DNA from: Auanema rhodensis
Lineage: Eukaryota > Animalia > Nematoda
DNA length: 64,000 nucleotides
Assembly (NCBI GenBank): GCA_964057225.1
Contig: OZ059895.1
Span: 5,394,001 to 5,458,000, forward strand
Reading direction: 5' to 3'
The notes beneath the pieces were generated by a model, which saw only the letters and a program-made list of their open reading frames with translations, searched no databases and was not told the DNA's origin. Below, piece by piece: positions 53,523 to 64,000 of the stretch. Position 1 is the first letter of the stretch. Each line of letters opens with the position of its first letter. The position numbers were made by a program, and so were the translations under genes.

Positions 53523-54654
53523 CTAGAAATCAGTTGCATGTATTACCGATACTGGCTTCGTAGCACAGCTTAACGGTAATGCTGTTTCTCGGCTAATAAC
53601 TCGAGATTTTTCTTCCATAGTGTATACTAACCAACGATAGCAATCCATAACAACATGGAAGCACCAGATCTGAAAAGAAAAAGAATTTAAGTTTTTTCTT
53701 TTTTTTTTCAAATAATTACATTGATTAGTGCTCCTAGAATATAGCCTAAGGCAATCATAACAATAAGACCAGTTAGAAATCTCGATGTAATAGATATCTT
53801 CAATGGGACCATAGTAGTGAAAATCTAAAATAATTATTCTTTAGAGAATAGTAAAGATATATTTCAATAATAAACAGTTCGAGGAAATACTTACATTCGA
53901 AGCTGCTTGGGCTGAAGCTCCCATAATGGCAATTCGAAGTTGTAAAGATGTTCCAACTAATAAAGTATATAAAGCTAATGATGTCATTCCTAATAAGGTT
54001 AATACGAATAAAACCTGAAACAAAGATTTCAAATATCACCAAAATTTTGAAATATAAAGCTATCACCTGCATTAGCATATGTGGAACAAGTAGAGCTGGA
54101 ATATCACAAAAAATGCCTATCACCATTAATACAACTGAGACAAAAGCAGAAGCAACAGCTAGTGATTGAACAGAAGCAGCTACAAGATGAACTGATGAAG
54201 GTGAACTTAGGTAAGATATGGCAATTAATCCCTGTAATGAAACGTTTGCAATTATTAAATTACTTTACTTAGGCCATTATTGTTAAATTTATATTTGTAT
54301 TGTTATATGATCAAAATTCAGATAAACAAGAAAGGTCATATTGATCAGATATCTGATTTCGATGACGATATGTCTTCTGTTTTCCTGATTTTCATCGTAG
54401 TTTCCGAGTATCTAACATATAATCTTCATCACCATGTTTTACACGCTTGACCTGTTCATGATATATGTACCATATTCTTACTATTTATATTTCATATAAT
54501 TAAATCAGAAGTAATATATTTGAAAAATATAAGAAAAACATACCTGAGATAGCAAAAATAAAAATTCTATAACGGCTATAACAATGGCAATTGTTCTAAC
54601 ATGGCTAAGACCACAGAATCGACGAGATCGTCGATTAGATGTATCTTCAGTCAT
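53523..54654 (-). CDS. Four-TM LAPTM/Mtp-like membrane protein (probably extended by an upstream exon at 62604-62686)
   Basis: Five exons: MTEDTSNRRSRRFCGLSHVRTIAIVIAVIEF..|..VLMVIGIFCDIPALLVPHMLMQ|VLF..|..GALIN|IWCFHVVMDCYRWL...ATDF*. The C-x3-HV start, LLVP and W..VV..CY.WL motifs are typical of nematode LAPTM-like proteins. Confidence 0.8.
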
Positions 54655-57600
54655 TCGAAGCTGAAATTTATAATTTTTTTATAAAAAGTTATATAAGATT
54701 GATGCAAAATATTCTTTTTAATATGATTATGATTCATCATATTGATAATAATAATGTTGATGATGATGTTATTGATGATGACGATGATGATACGGGCATC
54801 ATCACTCAGCATCAGCATGGTGTATATGAGATCTAGATTATTCCGAAACGAAATAAAGGTATATCATTTTGAATTTTATCATTGCAAGAAGAAACTTTTG
54901 TTGAAATTTCATTATTTTCTTAAAAGTTATAGAAAGAATGATATGAAAGTATAGTCTAGTTAAAGAAGATGCTTCGAAAAAAACTTTAAGAGAATTGAAT
55001 ATGCAGATACTGCTGCATTGACGTCGAAACATTTAACCAAAAGTAGTTTTTCCACATTTTTACTGTTATAGTTGTGTATTCTGATTAATTGATTTTCAAA
55101 TAAAATGCAATTATTCTAGAAACATAAACGAATGTTGAAGATTTTGTGAAAAGAATCAAGACATGAAAGATCGAGTTTGGTTTTTATTATGAGTCGAGAG
55201 TTCGGTTAATAGGTTGATAGGTAGAAGTTTGGATAAAAACGAAAAGAAAAGTGAAAATTTAGGTTTACCAACGTTAGACAACATTGAAATTGCTATTAAA
55301 GGACATTAAAGATGATGCAAATGCGAACTGAATCGAGGAGTTGAGGTGGTGATTTCTCTCTTTATCTCTCTTTCTCTTATAATTCCATCTTGAATTCACA
55401 TTATCTTCTATTCGCTCTCTCTTTCACCACATATGCTATCTAGCATAAAGTTATGTTCAAGAGGGAATTAGATTAGAAGAGAGGTAGAGAAAGAACAAGA
55501 GATAGAATCGGACAATTTGAAGAAAAGAGGGAGAAAGATAGATCAAACCGTTTATGTGCGGTCGCAGTGAATTTCAGGCAAGGTGTAGTCGATTTACAAG
55601 AACATTAGAAATAAATTTTTGAAGCGATTATTTAAATGTGATCACTAGAGTCTAAAACTAAGAAGGAAGAGATTAAAATGAATGAGAAGAAGCAGATGGA
55701 TAGCTACACCCGGCCGACCTAGATTCAGTATTTGCATTAACATGAAACATGCACCAAAGAGATGTTGAGTAATAAATATTATATAAAACTACAAATACTT
55801 ATAGTTAAAAGTATCTCATGAACATATAGTTAAGAACAAACCGTCGTAATGGACTGTTTAAAAGTGTTGAGAAGATTGGGAATCTTCGACCGAATCCTCC
55901 GTAAATGGACCTGCATGAGTATCAGATGAAGGCAGCAAGAACAGAAAAGCTAGAAGATGACGAATGACGTGTACATTAGATGTATAACATCAACGATAAC
56001 GATGACTAGAACTACGATGATGATAGAACACGACAACGACAATGAAGACGTTAACGTCCAAGTTACGGTTGAAAATAACAAATGTAAACGTAAATATTGA
56101 TAATCATGAATTTATTTGAAAATAAATTACAAATTCATGCAAATGAAATAGATGAAAACGAAAAATCAATTAAATTCATTTGTGAGATAAAGCTTGTTAA
56201 TGAAAGTTTGAAACAAAGATTATAATCGTTAGTTGTGATCACGAAGTGTGACTATGGCGATAACCGATAGGATACAAAGAATGATAGATGAGGGGTTGAA
56301 TAGGAGGAGTTGGCGTGGCCGATGCGAGAGTGAAGGTGTGTTGATGAAGAAGATCATGTTATGTCGACGACGTAAACGCACTGTGAAGCATGTGAACGTA
56401 GATGCCGATGATGAGATGAAAACCGAACCAGATTGAACATAGATGATTAGAAAGGAGAGGCAAAGACTTTAACAAGAAAAGTTTTTTTCATCTATAAACT
56501 GAGCAGTAAGGTTATTAATTGTTTCAGATATGGAGATAGAGAAAGGGGAACAAGAATAGATGTATATACATATTTGGAAAGTGTTGTAGAGAAAAGCAGA
56601 AGGTGGCTAAATGAAAGATAGTATACAACCATTTACTATATATCTTTCTCTTCTTCTCTCGTTGTTTGTATGCTTCACTTTCTCTCTATCTCAGTATCTG
56701 TGTCGGATGTTTTCAAATCTGGAAATTGTTTTGAAAGATGAAAGACAATGAAAGTCAGAAGATGAATTTCCTGCCTCTCCTTATCCTCTGTTTCTCTCTC
56801 ATCTGTCATTTGAGGTGGAAATAAGAGAAATTTTCATCTAAACATGAATAGATTTTCATAATGACCTTGGCTTTATGAGTACGTAGCGATTAAGAGGGAG
56901 ACACACACGTCTCCGCAACGTGGATATCGCTCGATGCCGCTAGTGTAGCCAACGTCATCTTCATCATGATCATGATCATCTACATCATCATTCTCCTCGA
57001 TATAGAGCATACTAACATCAACGCAATAACAACAATGACTAGATGAATTAGTGATATAGTTCACTCCAAACGAGGTAAGACTGTTCAAACTACGTGAACA
57101 TATTCCATGTCTGACCTACACGACAGTCTGAGGACACGTTTCAGATGTCATAATCGTCTATTTTGTCATCAAAGTGCGCGACTTCACAAAGCCGAATTTT
57201 AAGCCGAGGCCATAGTTACCAAAACGATTGGAAAATGCTCTAGTTTTTTCTCAATAACATACATTTAAATTTGAAAATAACTAACGCTAGGAAACATTTT
57301 TTGTTTGAAAATTAAACAAAGTATTTAGAAAGAAAAAAAAACAAAACTGAGATGAAAGATATATAATATGAGATAGTCGAGTGGTAATATCAGGAGAAAG
57401 AAACAAAATTTCAAAGTTTATAAACTAATTTACAGTCAGTTTCGTATTGATCAGAAAGTTCTTTCGGGCATTGTAGGTCTATCGTAAAACAGGAAGAGAT
57501 CTTCCTTCTATACAAGGTCAATTCAAGTAAAAGGACAGCCTTTGGGCGCTGACTGATGCAATGACAGTAGGTATTCGATGACTTCAGGCTAAAAGACAAT

Positions 57601-60600
57601 AATAATTCTGACTATTATTGTTACGAGATGTAGGAGGCAAACGTAAGGTTGAAGCGATTTCACAGACAATGCCTTAAGAAGATTAGGCATAAGTATTCAA
57701 TATGAACAGGTCAAGCTGAAAGCAATCTTGACAAAAAAAATCAGCTTAACCAGCTTATCAATCCGGGTGGTAGTGTGGAGGCTGAATGATCTCGGAAAGC
57801 GATGTGAAAGGCGGAGAGAATTTAGAATTTAAAAGTCATTAAGATACGCTGATTATATGATAAGAAGAGTATATTGGAATTAAGAACAAGAAAAGCTGGA
57901 TCAATGCTGTAAGAGTTGAATAGTCAAGAAATTATAAAACATTAGCAAATAATTGGATATATATATATATATGATAAAGATATATTCAAAATCAAATATT
58001 TGAAAAAAAAAAGATATTTTTGATTTTAAAAGAGAATATGGCAATTTAGAAGTTTAGTTTTAGTTTAGAAAACGACTTTTTCCGTTAAACCGGTAAACGA
58101 CGAATAAGTCAGAGAGGCAACATCATGTGGAAAAGGTAAGCAGACTGGTTCAGAATCCTTTCCGAACATGCGAAAAGCCAAGAACAGTCCAGCTTTATTT
58201 AACAGAAGAGACGGCATTGCATAATACAGAAAGAAACTTTACACGATGAGGATGACATCAAAGAAAAGGAAGATTTGTTGGTTAAACTAATTGATTTTCA
58301 ATTAATTAGTTTAAAACGAAATTGGAGATTAACGATGAAAATGAGTTTTTCTTAAAAAAAATATTCCGGAAACTCGAATTAGCTGATGACATTATGCTTG
58401 AATTCAACTGCAACATGTGTGTAGTGATCTTCAACGTCAATATTCTGGCTTTGGCCCAGTTCAGAGAAAACGGTTCACATTTGGCACAATTGCTTGATGG
58501 ACCTTGAGAGACAAGAGTGAATTGAAGGAACTGAAGGAGTTAAGAAAAGGAGGAACAGAGATGAGATAGAGTTAGTGAACGTAAGTATATGAATGTTGAA
58601 CGAGAGAAACGATGCAGAAGAAAGAAGAGAATGAGGGAGATCTGAAGGTAGAAAGGTCGGTCTGTTATGAAGATGAGAAAATGCTGAGGTGGGGTCTAAG
58701 TAAATGGAAGATGAAAAGAGGACATCAATTGGGTTTGAAGGAATGTACCTATTGAAACATTAACCTCTCAGGGTGATTCAGAGAAATGAAGCAACTGATG
58801 ACGAAATGGAGAGTGCAGTCGGAAGAGTGATAGATAGTAAAGACATGGGTGTGAACAATCAATGAGAACTGTATTCAAACTAACTCCGTCGCACCAAATA
58901 CTATTGAAATAGCTTAAAAAGACAAAAATCATTGTACAGTAGCACTTATCTCCACTCCCCCCCCCTCATCAAGACTACAAAGAATACGAAATCATAGATT
59001 GACTCAAGTTCTTCTTCTTCTATCCTTAGACGGCAATCGTTTGCTACTGTCCTCTTCTACTCTTCAAAAGCTGTTAATGGTTGTTATATTGGTTGTGGTA
59101 AGTATGAAAGAATACTATGCCATCTAATTTGCTTCTTTTCTATGTCATATTTGTACATATAGCGACATCAACAAGCATGTACTGGTCAGATTATGATGAT
59201 GAATCTACAAAAGTATTTGAAGAAAATGAATAGAAAATGATGTTAGTACAAGGGACTGTAAATTGCATAATCATACAAAATCATAAATATTTAAGAAAAC
59301 CATTGAAATTTAGAAAGAATAACATTACTGAAATATACAATAATAGAATTGTCAGAATACAACTCGGATAGGTAATCAACCTGATTGAGTTCAGAGGACG
59401 GCGCGTGAGTGATTCTAAGAATACAAAAGAAAATGTCGTTGTCATCAGTATAATACGGTAAAAAAAACGGAAAAAAAAGAAAGAAAAACGATAATATCTC
59501 TTGTTATTCGTAGTACCTTTTTTTCTCAAAATATTTCTATGTAAGAGTTCTAGAAGGTCAGTGAACTGTGTGGGGCATGACTGGAAGTAAATTCAGATTA
59601 CAAGATTACAACGATGTGCGGCTATTCTGGTTCAATCTATCTGAACTTGGGAAATACATTTTGATGTAATCAGATTAGGACAAGATGAATAGGAATACCA
59701 GAGTGAAAAAGAAAAGTAAGAGAAGAGAGGCAAAAAGATCTGGATACAAGTTGTGAATATCATCAAAAGCTGTCGAAGTATTATAAATGCATTCAGGTGA
59801 ATTCTGGATACAAGAAGGCTGAATAACCATTTGCATTAAAAAAAATGGAAAGTAGTGAAGATGATTGCAAGAAGGTAAAAGGAAAAACAGGAAGTTTTAA
59901 AATGGGAAAAAGAAAAAAAAAGAAAATTAATAATAGTGGATTATGAAAGTTTAATTATAGATTAAAGTATATTATGATTCATATAAAATTTGATTTAAAT
60001 AACAACTACAAGATGAATCTATTTTAAAAATTTTATAAAAAAATAATAATATTCTTACTTTATATGAAATAAATAAACATATAACTAGAATAATATATAA
60101 GAAGAAGAGGCAATTTTTGTCTTTTATGATTCAAAAAATACCATCATGGAAGTCTTGAACAGAAATATTTTCAATTTTTCGTATAATGAAGTTCACAATA
60201 AGAAAAGAAATTTTTTTTTACTTCTATCATACATATATACAGACTACTTGAATAAAGTATTTTCGCTATTATTGGAATGAAGAGGGCGAAGTAGTTTGGT
60301 AAAGGAAGAAAGGTCATGTATGACAACGAATATCAACGATTTATTGAAAAGTTTGTACGTGATTATCATAAAGATAGTAAAAGAAAGAATAAATTGGATA
60401 AAAAGCTGAAAGAGAGGAAAAACTATGATCAACCGTTCAATAAATTTATTCAAAAAATAATAATGTTTTTGACGTAAATGCGTGAGTGTCGGTATATATG
60501 AGATGCAGATCAGGATGAATGAGTTGATTTGGATTGAATTGAGAAGAAAATGAAGGTTGAAAGCCGAATTGTGATTTGATTGTCATTCTTTCAAAGTTCT

Positions 60601-62325
60601 GTATAGCCCTCACCTGAACGATGAACACAGAAGTCGCCAGATTCTTCTTTATATCTGGTTATACGGTATAATTATGCTAATCGTCAAGTTGTAAAATTAA
60701 TGTTTCAATGAATTCAGGCCACAAGATAACAAAGCTTAAAGATTCGTTTTAGATTTCATCATCCAATAGAGCTACAGATATCTGGAATTTTCTGTAAGAA
60801 CATGAGAATCGTATATACAGTTGAATGAAGAAGAGCATGAAGCTGCAATGTGAATAAGACATAAGAAATTAGAGGAATATCGAATGATAAGTTGGTTTCG
60901 AATAGAATGAAGCATATTTGAAACAAAGAGGGAAAATGTTCTGGAGAAAGGGAAAGTTAGAGAAAGAGAAACTTAAAGCCTACAGGTGCAATTGCAAGGG
61001 CAGGAGATTACCAGAAGCAGAAGACAAAAAGTCATGAATTTACAAGCTGAGCGATTCGGATCAAATAGAGAGATAAAAAAAAATGAGAGAGATGAGGGAG
61101 AATGAGAAATAAATGGAAGGTTATATGTTACTGTTTGATTGAAAATAGCACATCCATGACAGAGTAAGTGAAGCAGATGAAGGACCGGTTAAAGAAAGCA
61201 GAGAATAGTTTGAGGAAATGGGCACGAAAGAAGAGAAGAAGAAGAAGAAAAGGAGAACATGAGACGGTTGGCTGCATCATGTCATTCCCCAATCTTCTTT
61301 TTGTTGTCGTCGTTGTCGTCGGCATTTATGCAATCTTAGCCAGAGGGCAACATCAGAAGACATACTTTGATACATGTATACAAATTAAGATTAAAAAGTC
61401 ATTTCAACATATATACATGTATAGATAGATGTAAATTTTTGTTTCGAAAACAAAGAAACAATCAAGAAAATGTTTTGTTTGTTTTCATCTTCATTTAAAT
61501 AATAATATTGTTATACAAATATATTATTTTGAAGAAAATATTATATTAACTATAACATTCTATTTTAATTTTTTAAATTTTAAAATTTCCCTTTTGAATC
61601 TGAAGAAGCAATTTGAAATTTTTAAAACCAGCTAACAGATGAAGCAAATTTATATTTGTTACTCATACATTTTCATGTAAACTTATAAAAATTTTGAAAA
61701 AAAAAGAATAAAGGACTACTATAAGAGAAAGTTGAATGTTTGAATTGTAAGAATATGAATAGGTTAAAAAAGATCAAATGAATGTTTGATTTCGAATTTG
61801 GAGTAGATGCAAAACACATTTCTTCTCATATTTGCAAACCGGAACAGAAAAAAATGAAAATTTCTGAAGAAAAGAAGGATAATGAATAAGATAAGTAGAT
61901 AATCATATAATATAAAATTTTTTTTGATTCAATTTGCTGACAAAGTGGGGATGAGTTCAGAAGAGATGGTGAATACTTACTTTGTTATTTCAAAGAAATA
62001 AAAGAAAATGAATTGTGATCATATTTTGAATTTTAAAATTATTGTAAGGAGTTCAACGAATACTTAGTTTTGTATAGTGATGAAGAATGGAAAAAGAACA
62101 ATATTTATGTATAATAAGTAATAGAAAAAGAAAAAAATAGTGAAAATTATGAAGAAATACCTTAAAAGGTAAAATATAAAATATTCTCTTTCTTTCTTTC
62201 TTTTTCTCTCACTCTCTCTTTTATTTTTGTTCTTCCTTATATGATATCAATCTATTTACAAGTGTTCATAAGACCATGATCGCATGTTATGTAGAGAACA
62301 GAGGGTAAGAGTGTGAAGAGAAATT

Positions 62326-62339
62326 AGAGAGAGAGGAAT

Positions 62340-62371
<32 letters not shown>
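62326..62371. repeat. (GA)n microsatellite
   Basis: Imperfect then perfect GA run: agagagagaggaatagagagaaagacagagagagagagagagagag. Confidence 0.8.
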
Positions 62372-62603
62372 TCGATGGAATCAAAATAAATCAGCTAACT
62401 GGGAACACATGTATGTGTATTCGATTACAAATTGGTTTTTTTGGAAAATAACAAAAGCCAGATCTAATTTCTGATAATTTTAGTTTAATAAGACACTAGT
62501 TTATATATATAAACTTTTAATATTTTCAAAATATTATAATATATAAGAATCAATATTTATTAATTTTTTTAAATTTTTAAACATAATTTATGATTAATCA
62601 TAC

Positions 62604-62686
62604 CTGGATAGTGCCAATCAATGGGATACGTTGTTCAAGTTGTGAATCCATTTCATACCTATGTTGTTCAGATTCCAAAAAAGATT
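62604..62686 (-). CDS. Isolated exon (MDSQLEQRIPLIGTIQ), probable 5' exon of the LAPTM-like gene
   Basis: Bounded by TTTTTTAG and CAG|GTATG in very AT-rich flanks, with ATG at 62651. The phase-0 donor joins in frame to the TTTCAG|CTT CGA ATG acceptor at 54660. Confidence 0.55.
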
Positions 62687-64000
62687 CTAAAAAATTAAAA
62701 TAATTAATAAATAATCTTTTAATTATTTGAAACAAAATGAAAGAAACACAATGAAAAAACGTTTTTTTTTACTTATTCTTACTGTTTTATATACTCGTAC
62801 ATGTATATTGTATTTTGAAAATAAAAAATTTAAAAAAAAGATAAAATATTTCGATAAAAAGGTCACAAAAACATAAAATAAAATAATTATCTTGATATAT
62901 TTAAGTAAAAATAATAGAAACTTTGAATATATCGTTAATTATATATTATATATATGATATTAAGCTTATCAATTGAATAGCAATGAATGACATAAACATT
63001 GAACATGACAGCATGAATTAGTCAAATATAAAGTTTAAATGTTTCTCGAGAATTTTCAAACTTAATTTGAAGATAAATGAAACTGGAGAGAGAAAGAGGG
63101 GGAGTGGGGGGGGGGTTAAAAGAATGAAATATAGATTAGCTGAAGATTACGTCACGGAAAAACATTTTAAAAAATAAGAATGACCGTAGTAGAGATGTAT
63201 AGTTTAGATTGAAATTTATACGATTACACATAGTTTACATAATTAATTCTTCTTTTTTATTGATTTCAATGAGATTCGATAGAAATGTGCGACTTCTTGT
63301 AGAGATTGTCTTCATCTCGTCTGGACTGTTACAGAAATGAAACTGGTGGAGGAAAATTGCAGAAAGAGCATTTTGCGAGTTTGTTTCTTGGAGGTTAGAA
63401 ATAGGCAAACAAGGCCGCTAAATAACAACACCCATGCAGTTAGAACAACTTAACGTTCGCTCATTTCCAATACTACTTTGGCTATGTTTTTCAGAATCAT
63501 TTTAATGATTCTCCTAAGTTAGTTTTGAAATTGGTAGCCGCTGTAAAATGCTGCAGATGATGGCGTATTCAAAATTTTTTTGTTGTTGAACAAAAACCAT
63601 TTGTACAGACAAGTCATCTGAATGAGGTAATAGTCTCAAGTTGCTAGTTGAAAATGAGGAAATTGAGATAAATACGGAATACAACCGATCAATGCGTTCG
63701 TTACTCTGTCAATTATATTTTGATAATTCAGATGTCACACGAGATGCACGTGTACTTCCATGCTAATGATTATGATATGGAAGATTGAGGAGAATTCTCA
63801 ATGGAATGATGAAAGAGAAAGCATTTAATATATTTTTTTCTTGAAGTTATTTGGTAAGTAATGCAATGATATATAATAATAAAAACCGGTATAGGCGATC
63901 AAGAAACGGCACTGAAGAAGAGAAATAACATGAGAAATATCAGAGGGAAGGGCAACATACATGATATTGCGTTCTTATTTTTTTATATTACTAATTATTA

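Noticed and set aside
58839-58854. AAAGACATGGGT-GTGA resembles mature miR-71
   Set aside because: The 5' seed bases do not match, there is a deletion, and no complementary arm exists to form a pre-miRNA hairpin.

Overview
This is eukaryotic DNA: AT-rich and gene-dense, with many ~40-55 nt GT-AG introns, trans-splice-type acceptors and operon-like spacing. It is almost certainly from a rhabditid (clade V) nematode; the species cannot be determined from the sequence. Because the genes are split, the ORF track is mostly fragments, so all gene models were spliced by hand. In order: 3' half of unc-75 (CELF); a small degron/NLS protein and a RING+B-box E3; a small Cys-rich type I membrane protein; a minus-strand operon cebp-2 > lpd-2 (neuroguidin) > RPC3; glo-2/pallidin; a His-rich GPI-anchored Ly6-like protein; a Myb/SANT-like protein; cpn-1; ces-1 (scratch); cfim-1 (NUDT21); a WD40 gene; an OTUD7-type deubiquitinase; SON; a probable operon ebp-2 > msh-2; and a 4-TM LAPTM-like gene with a probable 8-kb first intron. 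The most notable observation is the WD40 gene at 37109-38839. It looks like a divergent WDR34/DYNC2I2 dynein-2 intermediate chain with a near-perfect RFX/DAF-19 X-box just upstream, and as I recall this subunit is described as unidentified in C. elegans. Other highlights are a stop-containing cassette just before the SON G-patch, two strong miR-1 sites in the unc-75 3'UTR, alternative splicing of unc-75 RRM3, a symmetric CES-2/E-box element upstream of ces-1, and signs of length-based 3' splice-site choice. Homology calls come from remembered protein sequences; no searches were run.
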